Shown piece by piece: positions 18,437-28,924 of a DNA stretch of 64,000 nucleotides. Each line of letters begins with the position of its first letter. Position 1 is the stretch's first letter. The stretch is taken from assembly GCA_963823335.1 (NCBI GenBank), contig CAWGLD010000001.1, positions 1,280,001 to 1,344,000 on the forward strand, given 5' to 3'. The translations under genes were made by a program, and so were the position numbers. This DNA comes from an uncultured delta proteobacterium. GTDB taxonomy: Bacteria > Desulfobacterota > Desulfobacteria > Desulfobacterales > B30-G6. The notes below the pieces were generated by a model, which was not told the DNA's origin, did no database searches, and saw nothing but the letters and a program-made list of their open reading frames with translations.

Positions 18437-20200
18437 TTAAAACAGTCCGCTAACCTTTCCGGTGTTAACATCCACATCCACACGCCTGTAGGCGGGGTTC
18501 GAACCGGTTCCAGGCATCAGGCTGATGGTGCCGGCGCAGGGGCAGAGGAACTTTGCTCCGGAGTAGATCAGCACGTCACGCACGGGCAGAGACCAGCCTT
18601 TGGGCGCACCCTTGAGGGTCGGATCGGCGCTCAGGCTGAGATGGGTTTTGACCATCATGGTGGCAAAGTCGGCGTATTTGGGATCGTTCTCGAGCATTTT
18701 TGCCTTGGCTTCCGCTTCCGCTGTCCAGGTCGCACCATCGGCACCGTAAACTTCCTTGGCGATAATGTCGACGCGGTCACGCAGTTTCATTTCCAGGGGA
18801 TAGAGGAATTTGAAATCATTTTCTTCTTCACAAGCCTCGACGACGGCATCGGCAAATTCCAGGGCACCATCACCGCCCAGTTCCCAGTGTTTGGATTCAG
18901 CACAGCGGGCACCGGCCGCTTCGGCCGCCTTGCGGACCACTTTACATTCCTCATCCGTGTCTGTGTAGAAGCGGTTGATACAGACCACCGGATTGATGCC
19001 GGCCTTGCGGATGGTGTTGATGTGATGCACCATGTTTACGCAGCCTTTTTCAACCATGCCGACATTCTCTTGGGTGTACTCAGGCGGCATGGCAATACCC
19101 GGCGTCACTTTGGGCCCACCGCCGTGGCTCTTCAGCGCGCGGATGGTGGTGGTCAGAACCGATACATTGGGTTTCAATCCGCTGAAGCGGGATTTGACGT
19201 TCCAGAATTTTTCGAAGCCGATATCGGCACCAAAGCCCGATTCGGTGACATGATAGTCGAACAGTTTCAACCCAACCCGGTCGGCAATAATGGAGGACTG
19301 GCCGACGGCGATGTTGGCAAACGGTCCCGCATGTACCATACAGGGGTTGTATTCGGCGGTACACATCATGGTGGGGTTGATGGTGTTGCGCATAAAAGCG
19401 GTCATGGCGTTGCCGACTTCGAGGTCGCCGGTGGTCACGGGCTTGCCGCTCTTGTCGAAGGCCAACGTTATGTTGTTCAGTCGCTCTTTCAGATCGGCCA
19501 GATCACGGATAACCGACAGGATGGCCATACATTCGGATCCCACGGCGATCCCGAATTTGGATTGCATGGTGAAACCGTCGAAACGCCCGCCGATACCGAT
19601 TATAATGTTGCGTAGCGATTGGGCACAAAAGTCGATGATCCAGCCCATTTCCACGCGGGTGGGATCGATGTCCAAGCGCGGCATGCCGGTCAGACGCTTT
19701 AGTTGCTCGTCGTTGTAGTTGCGTTCGTGCTGCATACGCGATGTCATGGCAACCATGGCCAGGTTGTGGGCGTTCATGATGTCGTTGATATCACCGGTCA
19801 GACCCAGGGAAAACTCCGTCATGGGTATCAGCAGCGAATTGCCGCCGCCCGCGGCGGTGCCTTTCACGTTCATGGTCGGGCCACCCGAGGGCTGCCTGAG
19901 CGCTCCGCCTACGTTCTTTCCGCGCTTACCAAGACCTTCCATGAGACCACAGGACGTGGTACTCTTGCCTTCGCCCAGCGGGGTAGGTGTGATGGCCGTT
20001 ACTTCGATGTACTTTCCATCAGGTTTGTTTTGCAGACGGTCGATGATTTTCAGAAAATCGAGTTTTGCCAGCCGACCCATGGGAAGAATTTCTTCGGGCT
20101 CAAGGCCTAATTTGTCACGCCATTCGTCTGGTGAAGGCATGTTTTTTTCTGCCTCTTCCGAAATCTGCCAGTCAGCCATTTTTACTGCGTTGTATGCCAT
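18437..20200 (-). CDS. fhs: Formate--tetrahydrofolate ligase
   Basis: [56 protein letters not shown]. Confidence 0.97.
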   Translation of the reverse strand: MAYNAVKMADWQISEEAEKNMPSPDEWRDKLGLEPEEILPMGRLAKLDFLKIIDRLQNKPDGKYIEVTAITPTPLGEGKSTTSCGLMEGLGKRGKNVGGALRQPSGGPTMNVKGTAAGGGNSLLIPMTEFSLGLTGDINDIMNAHNLAMVAMTSRMQHERNYNDEQLKRLTGMPRLDIDPTRVEMGWIIDFCAQSLRNIIIGIGGRFDGFTMQSKFGIAVGSECMAILSVIRDLADLKERLNNITLAFDKSGKPVTTGDLEVGNAMTAFMRNTINPTMMCTAEYNPCMVHAGPFANIAVGQSSIIADRVGLKLFDYHVTESGFGADIGFEKFWNVKSRFSGLKPNVSVLTTTIRALKSHGGGPKVTPGIAMPPEYTQENVGMVEKGCVNMVHHINTIRKAGINPVVCINRFYTDTDEECKVVRKAAEAAGARCAESKHWELGGDGALEFADAVVEACEEENDFKFLYPLEMKLRDRVDIIAKEVYGADGATWTAEAEAKAKMLENDPKYADFATMMVKTHLSLSADPTLKGAPKGWSLPVRDVLIYSGAKFLCPCAGTISLMPGTGSNPAYRRVDVDVNTGKVSGLF

Positions 20201-20429
20201 TGGTTCAACCTCCTTTACATAAATGAGTTTCAAGGGATCCACAAAAAAAAGAAGTTTATTCCCTAGGTGCCGTGGTTTTCTCGACCAAATCGTATAACCC
20301 TGGCTGGGTATCATCGAGAATTGAAAGCCGATCAGAATTGACTGGCCTATTGGCTATCATGGGAAGATGGTTTTGGCAAGCAATAACTGTGATTTCAGCG
20401 CCGGGAAAATAGGGGTGGCGGGCATCGGG

Positions 20430-22451
20430 TTAGCACGTCTCTCCTAAACAATGCTGTAGATGATTCATTCGGAAATATGAACCTTGTTTTTCCATGAGGG
20501 TGTCATGGTTTCCCATTTCCAGTATAACGCCTTTATCGATGACCACGATTTTATGGGCATGTCTTACCGTGGAAAGTCTGTGGGCGATCACCAAACCGGT
20601 TCTTCCCGCCATCAGTTTGGAAAGAGCATCCTGAATGACATCTTCGGTCAGTGAGTCGATATAGGATGTGGCCTCGTCCAGGATAATCAATTCCGGACTC
20701 CGCGCAAATGCCCGGGCGATCGAGAGCAGTTGTCGTTCGCCACTCGACAAAGAACCGCCCCCCCTGGTTAAAACGGTCTCGATACCCATGGGTTGTTTCG
20801 CAATCAATTCCCGGCAGTTCGCCGCTGTCAGGACACGGGTGATCTCTTTTTCTGAAACATCCTGTCGGTCCCGCCAGATATTGGCACGAATGGTGTCGGT
20901 GAACAAAAAAGGATCCTGGGTAACCAGTGCAATTTTAGATCGGTATCGTGAGGCAGGAATCCTTTTGATATTCTGTCCGTTTAAAAGAATATTACCGGTG
21001 ACGGGATCGTAAAACTTCATGATGAGGTTGGCAAGGGATGTTTTACCGGAACCTGTGGCACCTATGATTGCCGTGGTTTCACCTGCCTGGAGGTTTAAAG
21101 AAATATTTTTTAAAACCGGTTCCGACGGCATATAGGAAAATGATACCTTATCCAGTGTAAGGGTATGTATCTTCTCTGCAAGATTCAGGTCAGTGGATGG
21201 CAGCATGTTGTCCGATTTGTTTTCAATCCCGTCAATGGGATTGCTTGTATCGAGAATCAAAAAAATTCGCTCAGCCGACGCCAGGGCATTCTGGAGAATG
21301 TTGTATTTCTCAGCCAGATCCCGAATAGGTCTGAAAAACATGCGCATGTAAGAAATAAATGCGACCAGAACACCGAGGCTAATTTCCCCTTCCAGCACAT
21401 TTTTACCGCCATAAAAAATGATAACAGAAACAGTGACGATCCCGAACACTTCTATAAGCGGCATAAATACGGCCAGGACATTTATTTGGCGCATGCCGGC
21501 CAGATAATTTTCATGATTCAGTCGCGAAAAATTATCGGCTGCCACATGCTCTTTGCCAAAGGACTGGATCACGCTGATGCCATCAATCATCTCTGAAAAC
21601 GTGGTATTGATTTCAGCGACCTTTATTCTCAAGGCCCTGAAGGCCTCCCGGATGCGGCCGGAAAACGCGAGGCTTGAATAGCCCACCAGGGGCAGTACCA
21701 GAAAAGATACCAGAGCCAGTTTCCAGTTCATGATGAGCAGGACGGCGGCAATACCCACCAGCAGGAACAGATCTTTAAAAACCAGCGATATTACCGAGGT
21801 AAATAGTTCATGCATATTCTGGATGTCATTGGTAATCCGGGTCACCAGGCGACCCACCGGATTCTGGGTAAAAAAAGACATGGACAGGTGCTGGATGTGG
21901 TCGAAAAGATTCAGCCTGAGGTCATTCATCATCCTGAAACCGGTGTATTCCATGATGATTTTCTGCAGGAAATTGAGAACAAAACTGAGGATGATAATCA
22001 GCAGGAAAATACCGGCAATTCGGCCTACACCGGCCAGATCATCTTTTCTCAAAACAGCGATATCCTCAGGTTCGAGACTGGATAGATGCTGGTATGAAAT
22101 GACGATAAAGCGGTCGTCTTTTTCAAATAGTTCGGGATGTCTGTCCATGATAATTTGGACACCTGGGTTTCCTGGTGCTACTTTTAGATAGCGGGATGGC
22201 GCTTGAGCCGCATCCGGTCGGTCTGGTTTAAGGACCCCGGAATCAACTTTGGGGACGATGTATTGATCAATAGCGATCTTAGTGACATAGGGAATCGCCA
22301 GATCGAGGAGCGTGATCAGCATGACCAGAAAAATAGATACCAGGATCATCAAGTGGTATGGTTTCAAAAAGGGGAAAAGCCGTTTGAGAAGTCGTGTGTC
22401 ATATGACTTCCCCAGCTTCTTTTCTTCAAAGAAACCCATGTCATGTCGCAT
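20430..22451 (-). CDS. ABC exporter, permease plus ATPase (MdlB-like subunit)
   Basis: TM domain, GATGSGKT, LSSGERQ, LDEATS. Confidence 0.9.
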   Translation of the reverse strand: MRHDMGFFEEKKLGKSYDTRLLKRLFPFLKPYHLMILVSIFLVMLITLLDLAIPYVTKIAIDQYIVPKVDSGVLKPDRPDAAQAPSRYLKVAPGNPGVQIIMDRHPELFEKDDRFIVISYQHLSSLEPEDIAVLRKDDLAGVGRIAGIFLLIIILSFVLNFLQKIIMEYTGFRMMNDLRLNLFDHIQHLSMSFFTQNPVGRLVTRITNDIQNMHELFTSVISLVFKDLFLLVGIAAVLLIMNWKLALVSFLVLPLVGYSSLAFSGRIREAFRALRIKVAEINTTFSEMIDGISVIQSFGKEHVAADNFSRLNHENYLAGMRQINVLAVFMPLIEVFGIVTVSVIIFYGGKNVLEGEISLGVLVAFISYMRMFFRPIRDLAEKYNILQNALASAERIFLILDTSNPIDGIENKSDNMLPSTDLNLAEKIHTLTLDKVSFSYMPSEPVLKNISLNLQAGETTAIIGATGSGKTSLANLIMKFYDPVTGNILLNGQNIKRIPASRYRSKIALVTQDPFLFTDTIRANIWRDRQDVSEKEITRVLTAANCRELIAKQPMGIETVLTRGGGSLSSGERQLLSIARAFARSPELIILDEATSYIDSLTEDVIQDALSKLMAGRTGLVIAHRLSTVRHAHKIVVIDKGVILEMGNHDTLMEKQGSYFRMNHLQHCLGETC

Positions 22452-24177
22452 AATGGATCTCCTGCAGCCGAAACGTGCGGGCATAGTACTTGTCGTTGGC
22501 CATCAGTTCTTCATGGGTGCCATATTCGAGGATTCGACCCTTGCTCAAAGACATTATCCTGTCTGCAAACCCCAGGGCCGAAATGCGATGAGAGACGATC
22601 AGAATCGTTTTTTGACCGGCCAGAGACCGGATGGTGTCGATGATTCTGGATCCGGTATCGGTGTCGACCTGGCTGATGGGGTCGTCTAGAAGTAAAAAGG
22701 GCCGCTGGCACAGTAGCGCCCGTGCCAGTGCGATGCGCTGCTTCTGTCCACCGGAGAGGATAATGCCCCTTTCACCCACAACAGTCTCAAAACCGAGGGG
22801 CAACGCCTGGATGGTCGTGTAAATAGAGGCCAGTTCAGCCGCACGCTGGACTTCGTCTCGGGAGTGCGTCCTGTCCCCCAGGGTGAGATTTTCTAGAATG
22901 GTGCCGGCGAACATGAAGGGTTCTTGCGGCACATAAGCGATCTGGGATCTCAGATCGGAAAGGCGGATGGAGCGTATATCCATCCTGTCCATGAGAATGT
23001 GGCCGGCGCTTGTATCGTAAATACGCAGAATCAGATTCAACAGGGATGTCTTGCCGCTGCCTGGTGGTCCGATGATACCCAGTGTTGTTCCTGGATCGAG
23101 ATCAATCTGGATATCGGAGAGAACAGGTGGTTCGGCTTTATTAAAAGACAAGCCCACCTGATGGAACTGAAGCTGCCCGGTGGAATTTTGAACAGGGACG
23201 GCATTTTCCGTATCAGTGATATCCGGTTGTGTCTGCAACACAGTATGGATCCGGTCTAGTGAAGCCCGTCCGCGCTGGATGAGGTTGGTTACCCATCCCA
23301 TGGCCATCATGGGCCATGTCAGAAGACCTAAATAGCTGATAAATGCGACAAAATCACCGGCTGTGATTTCCTGCAGAATGGTTTGTCTACCCCCCAGATA
23401 TAACACGATGGCCAGGCTTGTATTCGAAAAAAGAAGCATCAGGGGAAAAAAAGATCCGGTAATGGCCACGAGCTTTAAGTTTTGTTGAATATACGTTTCA
23501 GACAACTGCTCGATCTGCTGCTGCTCCGTCGTTTCTGTGCCGTACGCCTTGACAATTCGGATGCCGGCCAATCGCTCGCGAACACCTTCGGTCAGGTCTG
23601 CGAAAGATCCCTGGACGTCCTGGTATCGCCGGTGCATCTGTTTGCCGAAAAATCGGGTTCCCAAGACGATGAAAGGCATCGGTATCAGGACGAAAATCGT
23701 CAGGAAGACATTAATATAGGCCATAAAGCCGATGGCGGCAGCACCCAGGACAATGGCATCGTTGAGCGCGACCATGCCCATCCCGGTTGCCATGCGTACC
23801 TGCTGGATGTCATTGGTTGCTCGTGCCATGAGATCACCGGTCTGGGTTTTATCAAAATAGGTGGCCGAGAGGGTTTCTATGTGGGTAAACAATTGGTTGC
23901 GGAGACCTTCCTCGATGCGCTGGGATGTCCCCAGGAGGCAGCGTCGCCACAGGTAGCGAAAAATGCCGATGGCGATACCGATGCCACCGATATAGGCGGC
24001 ATAAACCACCAGACCTTTTACATCGATTTGGAAAACCGTCAGGTCATCTACGACTCCCTTGATGATTCGAGGCACAAAGAGTTGTAACAGATCCACCAGA
24101 ATCAAGCTTAAAAAACCGATTAAAATAAGTTTTCGGTTTTCGACAAAATAGGGTTTTATCAATTGTACTGGTGTCAT
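22441..24177 (-). CDS. ABC exporter, permease plus ATPase (MdlA-like subunit)
   Basis: TGDLMARATND, GPPGSGKT, LSGGQKQR, degenerate Walker B LLDD, typical of the heterodimer partner. Confidence 0.9.
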   Translation of the reverse strand: MTPVQLIKPYFVENRKLILIGFLSLILVDLLQLFVPRIIKGVVDDLTVFQIDVKGLVVYAAYIGGIGIAIGIFRYLWRRCLLGTSQRIEEGLRNQLFTHIETLSATYFDKTQTGDLMARATNDIQQVRMATGMGMVALNDAIVLGAAAIGFMAYINVFLTIFVLIPMPFIVLGTRFFGKQMHRRYQDVQGSFADLTEGVRERLAGIRIVKAYGTETTEQQQIEQLSETYIQQNLKLVAITGSFFPLMLLFSNTSLAIVLYLGGRQTILQEITAGDFVAFISYLGLLTWPMMAMGWVTNLIQRGRASLDRIHTVLQTQPDITDTENAVPVQNSTGQLQFHQVGLSFNKAEPPVLSDIQIDLDPGTTLGIIGPPGSGKTSLLNLILRIYDTSAGHILMDRMDIRSIRLSDLRSQIAYVPQEPFMFAGTILENLTLGDRTHSRDEVQRAAELASIYTTIQALPLGFETVVGERGIILSGGQKQRIALARALLCQRPFLLLDDPISQVDTDTGSRIIDTIRSLAGQKTILIVSHRISALGFADRIMSLSKGRILEYGTHEELMANDKYYARTFRLQEIHYAT

Positions 24178-24202
24178 GAGCAGTATTTCCGAACTTAAAA
24201 AA

Positions 24203-24247
24203 GTAATAAAAAGCGATGACCCGCTACGGGTCATCGCTTTTTATTAC
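24203..24247. terminator. Perfect 21-bp hairpin with bidirectional-terminator shape
   Basis: gtaataaaaagcgatgacccg-cta-cgggtcatcgctttttattac. Confidence 0.6.
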
Positions 24248-24356
24248 ATGATTCTTTAAAAAGGTGCAATCACACTTGTTTTTGGCAGGACAATACAAGC
24301 GATCAAGCGCTTGAGAAGATTGACTTTCATGTGGTTGCTTGTTAAGCTGCTTTCTT

Positions 24357-26369
24357 ATGGAATTAGGAAATATTGTAGAATTTATTGACCGTCAAAAAAT
24401 AAAGTGCGCGGTCATTTTAGAGATAAAAAAACTTAGATTGCGTCTTTTGACCGAAGCCAATTGTGAAGTCAGGCTTTCGGCCGATCGCTTATCGCATCGC
24501 TGCAACCGTCATCTGGATCTTTCCCTGAGCAGGGAGAAATTAGTGGCTACGCTCAGAGAGGTCTCCAGCAGGCGAAAATCATTGATCGATCATGTGGACG
24601 TCAAAGAATTATGGGAAGTCTTGAACTCTGAACAGGAATGGATTGACCTTGAAACCATGACCGAGTTCTGTTTTCCCGAAAACCCTTCCGCAGATCATGA
24701 ATCTGCGGTGGTCAGGGCTTTTTTTAAAAACCGACTTTATTTTAAATTTAATGGCAGACGATTTTTTCCCCATTCCGAGGAGGAAGTCATCCAACGGGAC
24801 AACCGGGAGAAAGAAACTGCACGTATAGAGCGGATTGTTACCGATGGTAGCCGCTGGATAAAACATCTCATCCAAAGTGAGACGCTTTCCCCATTAGATC
24901 TTTTGGAAGAAGAACAAAAGGATATTATAGAGATTCTGAAGTCGGCCTACCTGAATCAAAAAGAAAGTCGACACTACTCCCTGGGCAAAAGGATTCTCAG
25001 GGAAGCAGGCATCGGCATGGAAGACAGCAGGCTTCTTCAGGTTTTGGTCCACCTCGGCGTATGGGACAAGGACGAAAATCTGGACCTCATCCGGTTTGAT
25101 ATATCCCCTGAGTTTCCTGACGATGTCAAAGCAAGCGCCGAGAGGCTGGTCAAAGAGGCTTATTACTCAAATGCCGAAATTACCTACGGGACCAAACGCG
25201 TCAATTTAACAGAGCTTCCCTTGATAACCATAGACGGGCAGGCAACCCTGGATTATGATGATGCCCTGAGCATCGAGAAATCGAATGACCATTATCGACT
25301 GGGTATCCATATTTCCGATGTGGGGCATTTTATAAAAAAAGACAGCCCGGTTGACCGGGAAGCTGTCAATAGGGCTAGCTCCATTTATACGCCGGATAGA
25401 AAAATACCCATGATCCCACCCGGTCTTGCCGAAGGTCTCTGTAGTCTTAGGGCAGGTGAGCTTAGACCGGCCATCAGCACCTTTGTACAGATCGGCAGTT
25501 TAGGTAATATTGTGGATGTTGAGGTGGTGCCGAGTCTGATTACGGTACAGCGGCAGCTTTCCTATTATGATGTCAATACGGTCACCGGGGAAGACGAAGA
25601 GATCCGGATGCTTTATGATATCGCAAAAAAGTTCAGGCAAAAACGCCTGACACAGGGAGCGCTCCAAATCACCCTTCCTGAAATCAATATATGGATTAAC
25701 CAGGACGGGGAACCCGCCGTCAGCAGAATCAACCGGGAAAGCCCCGGCAGAATGCTGGTGGCGGAATTGATGATAATGGCCAACTGGCTTATGGCAAGGT
25801 TTTTGTCCGATCACCAGATGCCGGCAATTTTCAGATCGCAACCAGAACCCCGGGGCCGTCTCTTTAAAAACAATGAGGGCACACTGTATCAAAACTGGGC
25901 CCAGCGAAAACTGCTCAATCGATTTTCCTTGGGCCATGAAGCAGATCATCATTCAGGGCTGGGCCTGGAGGCTTATGTGACTGCAACGTCGCCCATCAGG
26001 AAATATTTCGATCTGGTGACGCAACGACAGATACGCGCTGTTCTGGGACTTGACAAACCGTACACAAAAGAGGAAATAAATCATTTGATCCAGACGCTTG
26101 GCGTGACCATGAGCGTTGTTTCTCGGATTCAGTACAACCGCAACCGGTACTGGCTTCTCAAACATCTCGAGAAGTTGATCGGCGAAAGGACGGAGGCGAT
26201 CGTTATCGGCAAAAAGCGAAATGCGTATTCCATCCTTCTCAAAGATTTTATGCTGGAGTGCGATCTGCCGTTATCCAGTGGTATTGAGTTGAAACCCGAA
26301 GACCTGGTGCGGGTTAAAATTCAGCAGGCCAATGCCAGAAATGACAGGATCTCGGTTTTTATCGGTTAA
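24357..26369 (+). CDS. RNase II/RNB-family exoribonuclease
   Basis: TIDGQATLDYDDALS, HISDV, ELMIMAN, TSPIRKYFDL. Confidence 0.92.
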   Translation: MELGNIVEFIDRQKIKCAVILEIKKLRLRLLTEANCEVRLSADRLSHRCNRHLDLSLSREKLVATLREVSSRRKSLIDHVDVKELWEVLNSEQEWIDLETMTEFCFPENPSADHESAVVRAFFKNRLYFKFNGRRFFPHSEEEVIQRDNREKETARIERIVTDGSRWIKHLIQSETLSPLDLLEEEQKDIIEILKSAYLNQKESRHYSLGKRILREAGIGMEDSRLLQVLVHLGVWDKDENLDLIRFDISPEFPDDVKASAERLVKEAYYSNAEITYGTKRVNLTELPLITIDGQATLDYDDALSIEKSNDHYRLGIHISDVGHFIKKDSPVDREAVNRASSIYTPDRKIPMIPPGLAEGLCSLRAGELRPAISTFVQIGSLGNIVDVEVVPSLITVQRQLSYYDVNTVTGEDEEIRMLYDIAKKFRQKRLTQGALQITLPEINIWINQDGEPAVSRINRESPGRMLVAELMIMANWLMARFLSDHQMPAIFRSQPEPRGRLFKNNEGTLYQNWAQRKLLNRFSLGHEADHHSGLGLEAYVTATSPIRKYFDLVTQRQIRAVLGLDKPYTKEEINHLIQTLGVTMSVVSRIQYNRNRYWLLKHLEKLIGERTEAIVIGKKRNAYSILLKDFMLECDLPLSSGIELKPEDLVRVKIQQANARNDRISVFIG

Positions 26370-26411
26370 GGCAAAGGGACTGTCCCGCGTAGCCAAACAG
26401 GAGTCCTGCGA

Positions 26412-27548
26412 ATGAACAAAAACGCGTATCTTTTTTGTATACTGATCGGGTTGTTAATTCTTCATCCGGCTCCCCTGGTTATGGCAGAGGCTACTGCGCT
26501 GGGCCAGGTCAAAGAGGTGACAGGCCTGATGGAGATTCAACGGGCCAAACAGACAACCCGGATGGCTGCCCAACCTGATACCGACGTTTTTTTTGGAGAT
26601 ATCATCACCACGGGGGATGAAAGCGAAGGTCTCATCATTCTGGTTGATGAAAGTATCATACGTGTTCAAGCCAACAGCAAGATTGTTTTGAACACCATGA
26701 TATCACCCCTGGAAAAGAAACATTCGGTACTGCTTTTCTTCGGTAAATTGTGGAATAAAATCAGCAAGGAAGCGCTGCGCAAAAAAGTGTTTGAAGTGCA
26801 GACACCCACAGCCGTCTGTGGTGTCAGGGGGACGGATTTCGAAACAGCATCCTATGAAGACGGCACCATGTTGGTACGGGTAAATTCAGGCGAGGTCGAG
26901 GTGGACAACGAGGTGGTCCGGGAAACCCTCGCCTCCAATCAGGGCACGCAGGTTTCTTTCGAACAAAAAGAGATTCGAATCGAGCCCGATTTCCAGCCGG
27001 ACTGGGATCAGGACCAGGCGAGATCGAGGGAAAATCTTTTGGGAGATGGTGAGAAGTACGGCGGTTACGTGCATGATGAAATTTACAAGAGACGGGCTCA
27101 CTTGAAGACACTTGTGGACCGCGCATCAGATTTGACGGCCACCAAGGAACAGCTTAAGCAAAAAGCTGCCGAATCAAAAGAAAACGGGGATACGGCGGCA
27201 TATGAATCTTATTTGACTGAGATTGAGAAAATCAACGATGAACAGAAGGAATTGAACCAGAAGATCGCCTATTATGGGCGAAGAATGGAGTGTTATTTTG
27301 GACTTTTTTCTCGCTACGGTGATCTTGCAAAGCACCCGGAAATTTCAAAACGCTTCAAAGGACGTGAATACATTTTGAGCCAACTGGATGATATTGAAAT
27401 GATTTATGCCGAATTCAATGTCATGATCGAAGAAGGAATGAAAATGTCTATGGAAGACATGGAAGATCTCATGGATGAGATGCGGGATAAAGTGAAAACA
27501 TTTAAGGAGAAGGGAGGCAAGAGCAGTCTCTTCGAAGAAATGAACTAG
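26412..27548 (+). CDS. Secreted FecR-domain protein with coiled-coil C-terminus
   Basis: Signal peptide, GDIITTG, FEVQTPTAVCGVRGTDF, VNSGEVEV. Confidence 0.75.
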   Translation: MNKNAYLFCILIGLLILHPAPLVMAEATALGQVKEVTGLMEIQRAKQTTRMAAQPDTDVFFGDIITTGDESEGLIILVDESIIRVQANSKIVLNTMISPLEKKHSVLLFFGKLWNKISKEALRKKVFEVQTPTAVCGVRGTDFETASYEDGTMLVRVNSGEVEVDNEVVRETLASNQGTQVSFEQKEIRIEPDFQPDWDQDQARSRENLLGDGEKYGGYVHDEIYKRRAHLKTLVDRASDLTATKEQLKQKAAESKENGDTAAYESYLTEIEKINDEQKELNQKIAYYGRRMECYFGLFSRYGDLAKHPEISKRFKGREYILSQLDDIEMIYAEFNVMIEEGMKMSMEDMEDLMDEMRDKVKTFKEKGGKSSLFEEMN

Positions 27549-27652
27549 CGCCGCCGGAGGCGGCTTCCCGTAAAATGCGCGGCATTTTACGGATGTGAGA
27601 GACATTTTATCCGTTAGAACTTTTAATGTGTGTGAGGGGTCGATTTCAAGAT

Positions 27653-28282
27653 ATGGGTATACAGGAGAGAAAAGAAAGAGAAAAAGAAAGAAGACGCCAG
27701 CAGATCATTGTTGCTGCAAAGCGTATATTCTCAAAAAAGGGCTTGAGCAGGACAACCATGGAAGACATTGCCAAGGAATCCGAGCTGAGTCCTGGGACGC
27801 TTTATCTGTATTTCAAAAACAAGGAAGAGCTTTATGCCTCTCTTTCCTTGAGGATTCTGCAATTTCTGAGTATTCGTGTTTCGCAGGTGATTAAGGAGCA
27901 TGGCGAGGGCCCGTCTGAAAAGCTGGACCGACTCATCGAGGCTATGTACGAAGTCTACGAGTTCGATCCGATGGTTATTATCAACATGTTCCATCTTCAA
28001 TCCAGCGAAACGCTGAAAAACCTTTCACCGGAACTGTTGGCGGAGATCAAGATGTTGTCCAAAAAGGCGCTGGGCCACATTGCCGGTATCTTTAAAGAGG
28101 GCATCGAGCAGGGTGTCTTTATCGATCGCCATCCAACCGCGCTTGCCGATATTTTCTGGTCCCTGTTTTCAGGCGTGATTTTGTGGGAAGCCAGTAAAAA
28201 TGTCATCAACAAGGACAAGGATTACTTGAGGTCGACACTTGCGGTTGCTTTCGATTTGTTTTGTCGGGGCCTGAAAACATAA
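27653..28282 (+). CDS. TetR/AcrR-family regulator
   Basis: TTMEDIAKESELSPGTLYLYFKNKEEL HTH. Confidence 0.93.
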   Translation: MGIQERKEREKERRRQQIIVAAKRIFSKKGLSRTTMEDIAKESELSPGTLYLYFKNKEELYASLSLRILQFLSIRVSQVIKEHGEGPSEKLDRLIEAMYEVYEFDPMVIINMFHLQSSETLKNLSPELLAEIKMLSKKALGHIAGIFKEGIEQGVFIDRHPTALADIFWSLFSGVILWEASKNVINKDKDYLRSTLAVAFDLFCRGLKT

Positions 28283-28306
28283 TGGAAGTCCTATATTTGT
28301 TTATGC

Positions 28307-28336
28307 TTGACTCAAAAATATCTATTGCCCTATAGT
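28307..28336 (+). promoter_or_regulatory. Sigma70-type promoter of the TRAP operon
   Basis: TTGACT-N18-TATAGT. Confidence 0.55.
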
Positions 28337-28393
28337 GCTGCACAACGCTTTACCTTATCGTTTGTAGAACCATAAATCAGGCTTGTTGCTATT

Positions 28394-28924
28394 GTGAACT
28401 TTCTGTCAAATATCGCCAGAGGCATCGATACCCTCAATGAGTGGATCGGCCGGGGTGTTTCCTGGGTCACTCTGGGTCTTGTCCTGACAGTCTTTGTCGA
28501 TGTGGTCATGCGCTATCTTCTCAACACCAGCTATGTTTTTACCCAGGAAATGGAGTGGCACCTCTTTGCCTTCATTTTTCTAATAGGTGCGGGCTACACA
28601 CTCCTGCACGATGGCCACGTTCGGGTGGACATCATCTACCAGCGCCTGGGATACAAGGGTAAGGCCTGGCTGAACCTGCTCGGCGTCATTGTGTTTCTCA
28701 TACCCGGTTGTCTGATGGTTATTTCAACCTCTTTCAAATTTGCTTACAATTCCTTTTCAATGTTGGAGGGGTCGCCGGATCCCGGGGGAATTCCCTTCAG
28801 ATTCATCCTCAAGGGATGCATTTCAACAGGATTTTTTCTGCTTTTGCTGCAGGGTCTTTCGCTGGGGATCCATAGTTTGCTGCAGTTGCTGGGATTCGAA
28901 AAACCAGAGGAGGTCAACGACTGA
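28394..28924 (+). CDS. TRAP transporter small permease (DctQ)
   Basis: 4 TM segments, QEMEWHLF, GHVRVDIIY. Confidence 0.9.
   Translation: MNFLSNIARGIDTLNEWIGRGVSWVTLGLVLTVFVDVVMRYLLNTSYVFTQEMEWHLFAFIFLIGAGYTLLHDGHVRVDIIYQRLGYKGKAWLNLLGVIVFLIPGCLMVISTSFKFAYNSFSMLEGSPDPGGIPFRFILKGCISTGFFLLLLQGLSLGIHSLLQLLGFEKPEEVND

Noticed and set aside
18305-20222. Long plus-strand ORFs (436, 142, 135 and 167 aa) opposite fhs
   Set aside because: Antisense shadows of a strongly codon-biased gene; no motifs
20201-20429. ZTP or THF riboswitch upstream of fhs
   Set aside because: I could not find the conserved motifs of either class by eye; cmscan would settle it
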